NCBI GenBank assembly: GCA_951406725.2
Contig: OX597816.1
Span: 98,766,001 to 98,830,000, forward strand
Direction: 5' to 3'
From: Octopus vulgaris
Lineage: Eukaryota
DNA length: 64,000 nt
This document shows, piece by piece, positions 1 to 13,550 of this stretch. Below the pieces are notes generated by a model, which was given only the letters and a program-made list of their open reading frames with translations, ran no database searches and had not been told where the DNA came from. Both the position numbers and the translations under genes were made by a program. How positions within the stretch are numbered: the first letter of the stretch is position 1; each line of letters starts with the position of its first letter.

Positions 1-189
1 TGTAAGACGCCTTGCAGACTTCATAAGAATCTACATTTAATAAGTTACTACTTCTTCTGTCCAACATTTGGTTGTTATTTATGTTATTTTCAGCAAAGAA
101 CCGAATATTACCATTTTCAAAGGGCTTTTAAGCTTCTAATTAACCATTTACCACGGGTTAGACGGTTTTCCTGTGTCTTTGCACATATG

Positions 190-655
190 GATTGGCCTCC
201 TTACACCAGTTGTCTGCACTTTGCTGCGAAGTTAGTAATGTGCATGTGAAATGATGCATCATTGCTCATACTGATGCCCAGGTCTCTCACTGTTTGTGAC
301 TCTGTGATTGCAGTATCTCCGTGTCCTGTAAACATCAGTTGTGTAGCCTTTGTGATCTTATAGCACAGTGATTAAAACTTTTGAGCATTAAATTGCATAT
401 TATTTTGCTCTCTCCACTTGTATATTGCGTTTAGGTAATTTACGACATCATTAGGACGCTTTATTGTCTGTGATAATGTTGTATCATTGGCGTAGCTAGT
501 GACAGTGGTTGTCTGAGTGACTGTGGGCATGTCTAAGACGGCTACTATAAACAGTAATGGCCCTAAGACAGTTCCCCGAGGGACACCGCTTGAAATTTGC
601 TTCCCTAGAGTGTGCACGATTGGATGCAACCGTCTGACTTCCATCATTTAGTAAG
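190..655 (-). mobile_element. CR1/L2/Jockey-group LINE reverse transcriptase remnant
   Basis: ORF 372..647 reads SSGVPRGTVLGPLLF..SYANDT..NAIYKWREQNNMQFNAQKF (GVPQG.VLGP.LF and degenerate YADD motifs). It continues out of frame into VRDLGISMSNDASFHMHI. Confidence 0.85.
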
Positions 656-717
656 TAATGCAGCCACTCTGCTGCATAACTTACTAAACACACACACGAA
701 TATATATATACATATAT

Positions 718-882
718 ACGACGGGCTTCTTTAAGTTTCCGTCTACCAAATCCACTCAAAAGGCTTTGGTCGGCCCGAGGCTATAGTAGACGACACTTGC
801 CCAAGGTGCCACGCAGTGGGACTGAACCCGGAACCATATAGTTGTGAAACAAGCTTCTTATCACACAGCCACTTTTGCGCCT
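718..882 (-). mobile_element. tRNA-derived SINE family A (head and body)
   Basis: Reverse complement: aggcgcaaaagtggctgtgtgataag...ccgggttcagtccc...ggcaccttgggcaagtgtc...gaaacttaaagaagcccgtcg. It has A/B-box-like motifs and matching copies at 19392, 31395 and 53561. Confidence 0.85.
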
Positions 883-890
883 ATAATATT

Positions 891-927
<37 letters not shown>

Positions 928-981
928 CTAGAAGAGATACCCGGTGTGGCTCGGTATTAGGATGGCATTGTTTTTCATCGT

Positions 982-1031
982 CTTACTTGTTTCGGTCATG
1001 TGACACTTCAGCCATGCTGGAGCACCGCCTT
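982..1031 (-). mobile_element. 3' tail fragment of SINE family A
   Basis: cttacttgtttcggtcatgtgacacttcagccatgctggagcaccgcctt matches the tail at 5588-5680 and 31121-31180. A second decayed tail lies at about 1222-1269. Confidence 0.6.
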
Positions 1032-1289
1032 TCTGGGGCGAAAATATCAAAATAAGAATACTCGTGAAGGAGTGAAGATATAATATATATTTGGCAAAAA
1101 AAGTAAAATTACTATCCCGAATTACAACAATATCGGTTTCAACACACAATTTCACATCAGGAATCTTGCAATACAAATTGATAATCGGAAAAAAATTAAA
1201 TATATTATATATATTTTTGTCTTTTATCACTTTCAGCTGAAACCTCTGGCCATGCTTGGGCACCGCCTTGTTACTACCCTGTTATTATT

Positions 1290-1632
1290 CAGAACTTCCT
1301 CTGATATGTGGCATTTGGTGAATAAGGGAGTTTGATGTTGCTGCCCTCATATGCACCTCCTGATGCTAGGTAGATTTTTCTGGGACTCTCGACAGGAAAA
1401 GATCCAATTTTAATTCGAAAACACCTACATCCACTTTGTGTACTTCCCTCAGGCTCTTTGAGAGAATATTAAAAATCTGTGGGCCGCTGAAACCCAGGCT
1501 GTTCCAGTGACTGGTCCTGAAGCGCGACGGCGTTGTTGGGGGTGTTTTGCACTATGCAGTGTCGACCTGTCCCTGCCATTTGTGTAGCTTTCAAAGCTAG
1601 TATCTTCCAGATGTATACTATAGCACAGCACA
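1290..1632 (-). mobile_element. 3' end of CR1-type LINE ORF2
   Basis: Manual translation gives YIWKIL...RTSHWNSLGFSGPQIFNILSKSLREVHKVDVGVFELKLDLFLSRVP, the typical post-RT C-terminus (GP.LFN.LP...FK..LD.FL). Confidence 0.7.
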
Positions 1633-2601
1633 TCTCACATTCTTGTTTCTAAGTATGCATTGGCTAATATTATCTCATTACATTTAAAACAAAATAAGTT
1701 GATTTATACGAAATTTTGCGTTATTTCTAACACACCGAGCCATCAAGTACAGACTTTGTCTTTAGTCTGATCATTATGACTGACTGCTGTGAAAATTAAA
1801 TTAGAATAATACTAAAATTAAATGATTAGACTCGGTTCCAGTCATCGTTTGAACATTATTTCACTTCACTTATAATTGGTAATACGTACATTTCGTAGCT
1901 TCTAAACTAGTGACTGAAATATTAGTCACGTCAGTCAAGTAAATAGAAACAAATATCTCAGAAAAATTATGTTAACATGATACATTATCTTTTCTATCAA
2001 ATTTCTTTCTATTTAAATATTGGTTTCAAAGATCCGAGACTTGGTAATTTCACATAAATATAAAACATTAAATACAAGTGATATTTAGATAACACTTAGA
2101 GTGACATATAACTAAGCTAGACACTGGTTGTCTCAAGATCGTTAACTGAAGTGAACAATTTGACAAGTTGCTTTACAGGTTTTATACCATCAGACGCTGA
2201 AGTATGTGATACAACTTGGGATCAGATGTCTTTTTTTTAAATCTGAAATAGTGAGGCAAAAATGTATATTCCAAAAGTGTTTTATTTTGATATGAAATTG
2301 GCTACCATTTAAATGTATCTATATGCACACTTACAGGCATAAACATACTGATACACACAAAGCACGCATACTTACAGACACGCGCATATATATTGCCTGT
2401 ACACCAACTTTAGAATTTTGTACTGATAAGCGCCTCGAACTATGTTTCTGAAATTAATAAAAAGAATCATAAAATAGATATAGATAATATATACATTCGA
2501 CGTGCTAAGATATATTCAATATTTTATTCAGTAGGGCTAATCTTGATCATTGGCTGAAAATCATCGCACGTGCATATATACGTGTGTGTGCGTGTGTATT
2601 A

Positions 2602-2900
2602 GGGCCTGTGGCTTAGTGGTTCGAGCGTTGCATACACGTGGGTTCGGTTCTCGGACAGAGCGCTTCTGAAAATCGAAATGTGTTCTTCAAATGTGTCCAC
2701 TTTGCTCTGGTGGTAGAAGAGTGGTAGAATCGTCACCGAGTCGGCAGAAATGCTTTACGGTATATCTTCCAGCAATCTAAATTCTGAGTTCAAAATCCCG
2801 GCTGCTGCATGTAGAAGAAAACGGGAAACCGCTCCAACATTATCCCAAGTTTAGATCACATCGATCCCAATAATTCGATTGGTACTTAGTTTCTCAACCC
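2602..2900 (+). mobile_element. Two adjacent decayed SINE pieces (family D head, then family B)
   Basis: gtggcttagtggttcgagcgttg...gggttcggttc is a tRNA-like head. It is followed by gtggtagaatcgtcaccgagtcggcagaaatgctttacggtat...ttctgagttcaaaatccc, similar to the family B head at 56140-56233. Confidence 0.5.
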
Positions 2901-4160
2901 CAAATCATTTGTAATATTAAATGCAAAAACCACTACTACCCAATGAAAAACATGTGAAAACCATGAGAAAAACCATTCCACAATCCTGTTTTTTTTTCCT
3001 ATGATAATAACTCGAATCTTTAATGTACGAAAATATATAAATATAATTTCTGGAACTTAATTCGTACATCACTATCTGCTTAATAAAGGTTTCCTTATTT
3101 GGATTGTTCAGCTAATCAGTGGGTGTGGGTGTTTGTGTATGTGTGTGCGTGCGTGCCCCTGTGTGCTTTCCAACAACCAGGTTAGGATTAAATTTTCTTG
3201 AATAAGGAAGGCTGAAGATTACGATTGAATACATCTTTGTTCTCTTGAACAGCGCTAATTGAATAGATATATGACAGAAAGCTTTCTAACACTTACGAAG
3301 TTTACGGCCAATAATTTTATTTACATTTTACGATGCGTAATTTTTATACTGGGTCGGTTCGTAATTCCTGCAACACAAGAGTTCGTATTATGCTTTTCCC
3401 TATAAACGGTTACTGTTATCATAATAAAGATAAATATACATTCTGGGAATTCCAGTTTTCTCGAGAAATATAACATTGTTTTGTTTTCATGGTTCCTACG
3501 AAAAGTGTATTCACTATTTTGAAATCTAACATGCTATGGCATTTTCCTGTTGTTTTGGTATCAGAGGATGCTAACATTATTCCTTGTAATAAGGACACTT
3601 TGCACCCTATTTCATATTCATTTAGAAGGTGCGTCTTCAACGTATAATGCAAGAATACCTTCATATTTACGCAGCAAAATATACTCCACTGTTTTCCATA
3701 GACAAATTCTTGGAGCGTACATCGTCTGACGGAGTTATTAATTTACTTGTGTTCCAAAAATCTCAACGGAAGTAAAGTATATTATTGTAATCATGAGACC
3801 TGCCAAAAATCATAAAATAATAAGGAAGAGAAACACTTGTCATCTACTTCGACACGTTTTCTTTTTTTTTAAATAAAGAAACCTGTAACATAAAGTTAAA
3901 ATATAAAGTGCGGCTGAAATCAGGAAGCATAAAGTATGTTCTTCTAAAGGGCAGCGTAAAACAAAATCAGATTAAAAATTCCTGTCTGTGAATGAAAATA
4001 ATCCGATCAGGCTTTTAATAAAATTGAATTTGGGTGATTATAAAACAATTCAATATTTATGTATTTAACATAAGAAATAGTGAGGATTACGCTTAAATGC
4101 AGATTTACACATAGTGCATCATTCCAGGAATTATTTGACCACATTTACGCACAAACACAA

Positions 4161-4193
<33 letters not shown>

Positions 4194-5587
4194 AAATGAC
4201 ATAAACACACTTATATAAATTTATGAAATAAAAACGATGGAACGAGCAGAATAAATAAAATTGACAAGTTATTTCTGTGCTATGCTGAGTTAAATATACC
4301 ACGTTATAATATAAGTATTATATAAATAAATAGGACCCTTCAATAGCTGTGCATCCGCACGTCTTCAGGTGAGTGGCTCTGAGAGCTCTGCAGAATTACG
4401 TTCAATTACCCATTGTTTTATACCTCTCTTCTATTTCTAGAATTCTCTTTATACATATAGATTCAAATATATATAAGTCTTAAGAATACCAAGTGAAATA
4501 ATGGCATTAACAATCAAAAATATATATTATCATGTAAATAGAACAAAATTAGTTCATGTACATAGAAACCAAATGTATAAATATGAATTAACGAAATCTA
4601 AAACTAGGGCTTTTTAATAGTAAACATCCCCCTCTTTATGAAGATATATTAACATTCTAAGATGTTAAACTATCTTCTTAAAAAGAAAGGTTTTATACTA
4701 TTAATAGTATGATATGGTAAAATCGGATCTGTCGTGTTAAAACCTCTCCTATCATTTCACGAAATTCAGAAATGTAGAAACGTACATGCAATGAAACTGA
4801 GTCCCACAATATTCATCCAACTAGAATAACATTACCAATAACACAAATGCGTAGACGCTTGAAATCACTTCATAGTAATCTTTTGCATATTTGCTTTCTT
4901 TGCAATTTCATTTTCATCCTCTCATGACCTCTTGCTATTTTTTTCAACGCCATTTTTCTGTTCCCACACTATGTTTATCATATCCCCCACTATATTATGC
5001 AGGTATACTTCAATCCAATAGATTAAAATGATACAATATTTAACCCTTTTTATCGAATGCTTTATTTTTGATATATATTTATTAACTATGTTTGTGCACG
5101 TTTTGTTTTTTATAATTTTTTTACTTTACATATACAAACAAAAAGAAACATACTTTCATACAGTAGAAATACAATTATGAATAGTTTCTAAATTTTACAT
5201 ATCTTCTCTAGATATTTATATATGACTGTTTCTAATCTTAAACATAATCATATCAATAATTATAATTAAGGATTTACACTCTCAGTCGCTTATGTTTTAG
5301 GCCATCACTTTTCTAACCATCTGAAATCTTTATTAATATTGTAAGCTTATTTGGGTGATATATTCTTATTTAAGCAGCAATTATAAGTTAAATATCGTTC
5401 AAATTTAACATGCAATTTCCAATATAAACTGAAAGACCTTCAACATAAACTTCTCCCTATAGAGTATAATCAACATCAATGTGATAGTTTCATCATTACC
5501 TCTAATCTCACTTCAGAGCAAAAGAAGATAATGAGGGTCTTTTAAGGGAAGTAAGTTTGGAAAATAACACTGACTAAAGATAATTTT

Positions 5588-5680
5588 AAGAAAGTCCCGG
5601 GGTCGATTTGCTCGACTAAAGGCGGTGCTCCAGCATGGCCGCAGTCAAATGACTGAAACAAGTAAAAGAGTAAAAGAGTA
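5588..5680 (+). mobile_element. 5'-truncated SINE family A tail
   Basis: ggggtcgatttgctcgactaaaggcggtgctccagcatggccgcagtcaaatgactgaaacaagtaaaagagtaaaagagta, closely matching the reverse complement of 31121-31210, with a short tandem-repeat terminus. Confidence 0.8.
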
Positions 5681-5828
5681 TAAAACGTGCACATTATTTC
5701 AAATATCAGCAGACAAAACTCTTACCATGTCTGTATTGACAGACCTGAACTTATCACATACATTTAAAATAACATTGTTAGAGTTCACAAAGTCATGTTT
5801 GGAGTGCATGGATGATGCTCTATATACT

Positions 5829-6152
5829 GGCTCTCCGTTGGTTACGGCGACCAGAGATTCATTTGATCCGATCAACGGAACAGCCTACCCGTGAAATTAA
5901 CGTGTATGTAGCTGAGCATTCCACAGACACGTGTACTTTTAATATAGTCCTCATGGAGATTCAGCATGACACAGAGTGGGAAACAGCTGGCTCTTTGAAA
6001 TACAGATGGTACTCATTTTTTCTAGCTGGGTGAAGTTGACCAACATAAAGTAAAATGTATTGCTCGAGGAAAGCACGCATCGCTGGGAATTAAACACTCG
6101 ATCTTGCGACCGTGAGCCGAATGCTCCAAACCACTAAGCCACGTGCCTCCAC
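5829..6152 (-). mobile_element. tRNA-derived SINE family D, near full length
   Basis: Reverse complement starts gtggaggcacgtggcttagtggtt (A box) with a degenerate B box. Related heads occur at about 2602 and 30166. Confidence 0.7.
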
Positions 6153-7149
6153 TGTGTTATATGCACAAGCGAAAAATTAATAAACCTCGTCAATTCAAGG
6201 TAGCATCTTGTGTTGAATTGCCTTTACAACATAAGTGTTATCGACAAATATTCAATCTATTTGCATGCTAAATACAGAGAGAATTTTTATTTATGGATTT
6301 TTTTTGATATTGAAAGATATTTTAGACGCCCCCAAAACTCTATATACAATCTATCGATATTTAGAGTTCACCTTCCGAAGCTGCCTTAAGCGTCGAAACC
6401 TCCCTGCAAGTTAAGTGTTCTTCGTTTATATATCGTAGAAGGTTGAGAACTATTTTACAAACGATTTATCTGAAGTTCTGTTATACCAAATATTAGCAGA
6501 ACTCTAAACTGCGTGCTGTGTTTTAGTATTTTTATTCGTATGAATTATTACAGGTGTGACACAGTTCAGCTATTTCTCTTGTACTGAAAATATATCAGTT
6601 TCCACTGCGCTATATCTCCCGACCTCAATCTCCCTTCGTGCTCTTCATTTATGACTTTTTAAATATCATTTTTCCTTTATTATTATTTCTGCATTTCTAT
6701 ATAGTCACTTCGCCCTCGGCATATTGCTGTCTATCTCCATTCATTAAGTGCTGTTAGAATGTAGTTTACAGAAGAAAAGAAATTGATAAACATATGGCCC
6801 CTTTATTCTCAAAACTGGAAAATGTAACGGTAACTGGTCTAATCAATCGTGTAGACCACTTAACGTCATAGATATTTTTTATTGTATTTTTCTGTTTTTA
6901 TAACCTCACATGCTGTGAATTATTTTTCTCTGTACTCTCAAAATATTAATTCTATCGAAATATTTATTTTTCGTTCCCGGCTTTTATTACTCTACAATTC
7001 CTTAGTTTCTCTTATTTCCTTATCAATCCACTTATGAATTTTATTAGGAATCATAACATAATACACATATTTTTCAGTTTATTTGGTATGCATCATTTCA
7101 CATGACTACTTTTAAGTCCTCTGTGTTAATTGAAATCTAAATCATCGTG

Positions 7150-7720
7150 TTATCTGTTGCCAACTAGTGTGATCTTTCCATAATGAAGAGCCTGAAATTT
7201 TAATGTATTAAATTTAGGATTGTGTTTATCTGCCCATCAATAATGGAGTTAGGGTAACCATCAATATTTTTGTATCATCAGTTTGACTAGTTAGGTCGGG
7301 GAAGAGGACTTGTGAACTAATGCCTAATACAATGAGGAAGACTAATAATAAACCTAGAACTTATAACAGATGACTTATCAGAGACAAAATCATTTGTAGA
7401 AATAGATTGATTTCTTCCCCTGCAAGAAGTCAAAGAGCCATTCTCCGAGTTTTCCTATGATATTGAGATCCGTTAACCTATTCCATGATTAATCTTGTCA
7501 AACGCTTTAGCAATATCTAGGCCTATATGCATGCAGTCAGTGATCATTATCTTCAAGAAATTAATAGGGACAGTGTTATGGTGCTGTAATAGTTGTGACA
7601 GGCAAATTAATGCGGTTCAAATACTATGTTGGGTATCATTTAAGAGGTTGTTTTCCTCAAGGTACGAAATTTGTTTACTTCTTCTTTGGATAACAACTCT
7701 GTTTTTTTGGGGTTTTTTTT
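7150..7720 (-). mobile_element. CR1/Jockey-group LINE RT remnant, heavily decayed
   Basis: Manual translation: YLEENNLLNDTQH...CLSQLLQHH...LDIAKAFDKINHG...LGEWLFDFLQG (RT domain motifs, with stops and frameshifts). Confidence 0.75.
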
Positions 7721-7995
7721 TAGCTTCTGCCCCGCTACATAATTTGTGTATAGCTGTTACTACTGCATCTGTCAGTAGTTCTGAAATATGTCGATATCTA
7801 GCATCTTTTGAAATTGCCTCTTTCAGTCGTTTGTTATGGTTGCTTTTTCACGTTTTTAACAATATTTATGCGTGTGTGTGTGTGTTGCAATCGATCGATT
7901 GATAAAATTGGAGTATGAACGCACTTAAATCCTTATATTAAGCAACAGTGAGCAGATAAGAAATACATGTGATGCATGTAACCCATTATTACTAT

Positions 7996-7998
7996 CTA

Positions 7999-8076
<78 letters not shown>

Positions 8077-8086
8077 ATATATATAC

Positions 8087-8147
<61 letters not shown>

Positions 8148-8189
8148 CATACATACATACATATATATATATGTATGTATGTATGTATG

Positions 8190-8247
<58 letters not shown>

Positions 8248-8255
8248 GAGAGAGA
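7996..8255. repeat. Compound microsatellite (TA)n/(TACA)n/(TATG)n/(GA)n
   Basis: Directly visible; it accounts for the IYIY/ERER ORFs. Confidence 0.95.
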
Positions 8256-8259
8256 AATA

Positions 8260-9105
8260 TATACAAAAGCCTAACTTTAGATACCTCGTATACTTGCTAT
8301 CAAACAACAAATCTATCGCTAAGTAGTATCTTACGAATAAACTTAAATTTAATATCTAATAATATAGAAAATTACGATAATTAGATCATTACATAAACAA
8401 CGATATTTACATAAGGAAAATATTATTACACCAAAGACTTATAAAATATTAAAATTTACAATTTAAAGATCTTAAATATAAATAAATACTTATCTTAGCG
8501 AGGTTTTGTAATGAACTAAAAATTTGAATCGGAAAAAGAATAAATTGTTGAAGAATTCATTAAGCGTGAGGAACAAATACGCTTTATCAATGAGATTGTG
8601 AATGGGAACATTAATGGTTTATCAGTGTAAATAGAATGAAGTCACAAATAAAGAATAAAATCACTCTATACTATAAGATTTATTAATAAAATAACTATGA
8701 TAAATAATACTTAATACAAAATAAATTAAATAATTTAAATGATTAAAAACCACTAATTATTAAATATATTCTAAACGTCTTATATAATTAATAAATATAT
8801 AAAACAATTTGTTTTATAGTAACCCCTCATCGTACTATAAAGTCTTTCACCATAATTGTTAAGTTTTAAGTTTCTAGTTTGATAATAGAGTTTATTATAA
8901 ATAAAATTATTATAATATTTATATCTTAAAAATATTGTTTAAATATTTCTGATTGTTTTAAAAATATTTCAATTAACCTGAAGATTGACTGCAATCATAA
9001 CTTGCATTATTAATTGAATTTAAATTATTGTTATTCGAATTGGTACAGGCATGAAACGATCGTAGTGTTTTACTCTTTATCTTTTAATACTTTTGATATA
9101 TTTAA
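8260..9105 (+). mobile_element. Putative decayed Penelope-like element 3' region ending in a hammerhead-like motif
   Basis: Very A-rich segment between two microsatellite tracts, with a possible MVYQCK (GIY-YIG-like) trace near 8615 and a CTGAAGA...GAAAC-GATC-GTA motif at its 3' end. Confidence 0.4.
8975..9067 (+). ncRNA. Degenerate type I hammerhead ribozyme motif with long stem II
   Basis: CTGAAGA at 8978-8984, GAAAC at 9053-9057, palindromic GATC loop, GTA triplet at 9062-9064. The stem II base (ttgactg/caggcat) is imperfect and stem I has only 2 bp. Confidence 0.55.
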
Positions 9106-9165
9106 AAATAATAATAATAATAAATAAATTAATTAATTAATAAAATAATATATAAATATAAAAAT

Positions 9166-9221
<56 letters not shown>

Positions 9222-9391
9222 ATATAAAAAATTTATAAGTTTAAATTATTTAAATAATTTTTTATTTTTAACTTTTATATTTTTAAATTAATTTTATGTA
9301 TTGGCTTATGTTTTTCACTGTTTGATTTGCCTAATAGTGGTTTTATCTCTAATTTAATATAATATAATATATATATATATATATATATATT

Positions 9392-9527
9392 ATCGTATGA
9401 CATGACTATATATAAATTAACAGAATGAGATAGAAAATCGATGGCTGTAAATAGTTTTCAGAACATTTATAAAGTGAACATCTTACAGCTGTTTCCGAGA
9501 TATTTTATATATCCCATCATCAGAGAC
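9392..9527 (-). mobile_element. Penelope-like terminal repeat fragment abutting (TA)n
   Basis: Short element next to a (TA)n tract that carries a complete hammerhead motif. Related fragments lie at 43216-43291 and about 60399-60417. Confidence 0.6.
9480..9527 (-). ncRNA. Minimal type I hammerhead ribozyme
   Basis: RNA: GUCU-CUGAUGA-UGGGAUAU-AUAAA-AUAUCUCG-GAAAC-AGCU-GUA-AGAU. All core nucleotides are present, with an 8-bp stem II (two GU), a 4-bp stem I (one GU) and a minimal stem III capped by palindromic AGCU. Confidence 0.8.
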
Positions 9528-9528
9528 C

Positions 9529-9647
9529 TTTCGGGGTCGATAAATAAAGTACCAGCTTCGCACTGAGGTCGATGTAATCGACTTAACCCCTTTGTCTGTC
9601 CTTGTTTGTCCTCTCTATGTTTAGCCCCTTGTGGGAAGTAAAGAAAT
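9529..9647 (+). mobile_element. 5'-truncated SINE family B
   Basis: tttcggggtcgataaataaagtaccag...ggtcgatgtaatcgacttaa...tatgtttagccccttgtggg matches the first monomer at 56015-56125. Confidence 0.8.
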
Positions 9648-9773
9648 GTATATATACACAGAGACAGATAGCTAGACAGACAGACAGACAGATAGATAGA
9701 TAAATAGACAGACAGACATACAAACTCTCTTTACATGTTGCGCACACATCCCTAAAGATGTCCCTACATTAAC

Positions 9774-9821
<48 letters not shown>

Positions 9822-12070
9822 ATATGCATGTATATCAATATGCATGCATCATCTCGCAAACATTATACGTTCATGAACACAACTTTTTTTTGTTTACTAA
9901 TAACTTCTATGTTTATGTTACAGACAAGAATTAGGTTCAGTAATCTCATTAAATTTTGAGAGAGTAATTTCATATTTACCTTAAAAATTTTGAAGATTCC
10001 GCGAAATTAATCATCACCAAATTCTTTGTCTCCTCTTTCTATATATTGAAAAGTAGGTGTTTCATGTCTAATCTTTCCATTTTTTTCAATACCCCAATGC
10101 ATTGCTGATGCTATTCCCAAGGCACGATTACGAGAATATTAAATCTTCTCACCTTTTCCATGATTAGATATTGTGTTCTGCTGAAAAACGTAATATTTTT
10201 TACTTTTCCATTATTATATCCTAATTCCAAGCATTTTATGCATGAATCTACGTTGATGTGTTTTGAAATAAAAGAAAGTCTCGCCAGTGTGATTCTTAGG
10301 TTTCTTTTTGCTAAGCAAAGCAAGTGAATTATATATGCACGTAATCTTTTATAGTTTTCCTGGGCATAAATTTACGAAATATAAGCCATCACAATAACAC
10401 CTTTAACGTTGGTTTGTATTAGTAGGTGTTAAGTTTGAAAGTTGGCAGAGTGAAGTGTAAAAAGTAGCTTCATTTAAAGTACGAAAGGCGTACTTATGGG
10501 GATAATGTCTCATAACCTGCGTTTAACACCAGAGAGGTAATTTGTCATAGACGGTTTCATACAATGTTTATGAACAACTAAAATTCGAAGCACAAATCTA
10601 ACACAAATATGTAGTCGTTTCCATTTCCTAAGCACGAAAGACTTCGAAAGAAAAACAGTAAATAATGTTTTCACAAATGTAGAAAAAAAAGCGTTGTAGC
10701 TTTTCATCTATATTTCCCCGTTGGCCGTTAAATATTATTTAACATACAACGATTATAAATATATAGAATGTGTTTACTTGATTAAAATGACATCAATATA
10801 CGAGTGAAACACATTCACCCAGAAAAAAGAAAACTAAACATTAATCAAGCAGGTTTATAGGAGAAAAGTTCTCTAAATTGCAAGTCTCCAATACGCATAT
10901 TTTGCCATTATAATATTCATGCTTCTTGCTTGCTCGATTAGAGAAAAAATGATCTTGTCAGAAATTCGGTTTATAGCGAAAAACTACTAAATTAGATGCC
11001 AATAGCAATTTAGTGTCGTGTTCTTTTATTTGTATCAATTCAACTATTTCTTTTATCAGTAAAATTAATTTAATTTCCTATGAAATTGAGATATTAATGA
11101 GTTTTCAGGAATATCTTTATACATACGTGATGACCTGCCCAGAACAAACTTAGAATTCAATTAACAATAAATTACGTAAATGAGTTTTTTTAGAGAATTT
11201 GTTAATTTTTCATAACAGCATATACTGCAGACTTTAGTGAACTGAACTCTGTTCAATAAATTGGTGATACATGTTTCATGAAGAAAAGAGAAGGTGAAAG
11301 ACAATGTCACTGAGCACAATTTAAATTTTATCGTAGTTACACGGACATTGACGGTGCATATCGTGTATGCAAGGCTCTAATATCCCAACTAAAAACTAGG
11401 ACAACTTGGATATTACGAGATATATTCGCCTCGACATAAAATATAAGTAAACGAAACAAACAACTTCTTACAAAATATTTTCAAACAAATTTTTGAGTTT
11501 GGTAAGATAAAGAAAATGTAGAAGTAATATTTATTTTGGTTTCTTTCATTTTAATAATCTGAAGTTGCATCCTAGAGCAATAATTTAATGTGAAGCCTTC
11601 GCAAGAAGAATTTTTCAGTTTTGATAATTTACACTGAAAGGTTTTAGTTTTCTAAATACAAAAAGAAAAGCAAGAAAATATAATTTTGTCATTTATGATG
11701 TTTGAAGGACAAAAAAATGCAAGCGGATAAACCACAGAAATTTTAAATGGTGGATGCCAAAAGCATCTATTTGCAAATATTCAGTACACACACACAATCA
11801 CGCACACACACATACACACGTGCAAGGATGCTTAATACTGTATGCGTATGCACACATACGCGCACTTATCAAATTGTATATTCTGTATATGTATGTTTTC
11901 ACACCAGCATAAATATGTGTACGGGCACATGCACGAGGAGATACGTTGAAGCATTAATTTCGCTTGATATTTGGAACTTGTGTGTGAGTGTGTGTGTGTG
12001 CGTGTGTGTGCGTGTGTGTGTGTGTGCGTGCGTGTTTGTGTTTGTGTGTCTCGATGTATGGAAATATATA

Positions 12071-12112
<42 letters not shown>

Positions 12113-12424
12113 CGTGTTAAACACACACACATGTATTTATATTACGTATATTAATACAAGCTACACAAAACTCGCGGCTGTATGTATACGTCTGTGTTTA
12201 TTATATAAATGATTGAACACAAACATATACATAATGGATTTTTTAAAAAATTGTTTTTTCTTTTACATTTGCTGTCATCTTTATTTAGAGAGAATTTCTG
12301 GAACATAATTCATACATCATAATCCTCTTAATAAAATTTGCTTACTTGCCTTGTGCATCCTCACATTCTATATATGCAGGCACACACAAACGCACACACG
12401 CACGGCATGGGCATATATATATTG

Positions 12425-12478
<54 letters not shown>

Positions 12479-12554
12479 GTGATTGTGTATTTGTATTTGT
12501 GTGCGTGAGTATACATGTATATATATATATATACGTATATAGCATTTATATGTC

Positions 12555-12597
<43 letters not shown>

Positions 12598-13229
12598 ATC
12601 GTGTGTCCGCGTCTGTATATCCCAGTATATCTCCCTCTATGTTTGCTTACGTTTATGTTTGTACGTGTGCATGTTTGTGAGTGTTTTTGCGTGTGTTTGT
12701 CTGCTGTGTATGTGTTTGTGCGTATGTGTGCGTTTATTGCCCTACAGAAAATACAATAATGCGTACGAACATTTGATTTCTTATTGTTCATACTTATATA
12801 CATTTAGAGAAATTAATGTTTTTTTTAATATTATCATATGACATGACTACTGTTTATGACGCCTAGCTCATTATTGTAAATGACGGTGAAAATTACTTGA
12901 ATGTAAATCTTTAATTTATCGGTACGGGCCAAAATTCACATGTGAGTGGATTTGGTGCTTTTGTATGTAAAGAATTTCAAGAAACTTATTTTAAGCATTC
13001 TAATGTTAATCCTTTAATTAATTTCATTGTGTCTCTATGAAATGTTTTCTTATGGGTGTGTTTTTGTTTAAATTTTCAAGAAAGCTCAAACGGCCCAAAA
13101 TGCTTTCCTCTATTATTGTGCTCAAACGTTACTTCAAGTACTTCGCATCATTTTCTCCGTAGTTATTTATGTTCTGAATTTCAATTGCGCCGAAGTCGAT
13201 TTTGCATGTTAACTTTTCGTGGGAGAGTG

Positions 13230-13402
13230 GTAAGTCGCTTATATCAACGCAAGTATTCATTTGGTACTTATTTTATCAAACCCTAGCGGGACGAAAGCTA
13301 AAGTCGACTTCGATGGAATTTGAACTCAGAAAGTAAAAGTGGACGAAATGCCGCAAAACATTTTGCTTGGTTTGATGAAACATTTGCTAGCTTTCCGCCA
13401 TC
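13230..13402 (-). mobile_element. Decayed SINE family B
   Basis: tggtacttattttatc...aaagtcgacttcgatggaatttgaactcagaa...gacgaaatgccgc aligns with 56095-56230. Confidence 0.7.
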
Positions 13403-13407
13403 AGAAC

Positions 13408-13548
<141 letters not shown>

Positions 13549-13550
13549 AC

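Noticed and set aside
190-1632. A single continuous LINE spanning 190-1632
   Set aside because: On the minus strand the 3'-end piece (1290-1632) lies upstream of the RT piece (190-655), so the two are not collinear; they are separate insertions or rearranged.
4332-4374. Micro-exon ending in the consensus donor CAG|GTGAGT
   Set aside because: There is no convincing polypyrimidine acceptor or recognisable peptide; such a donor is expected by chance.
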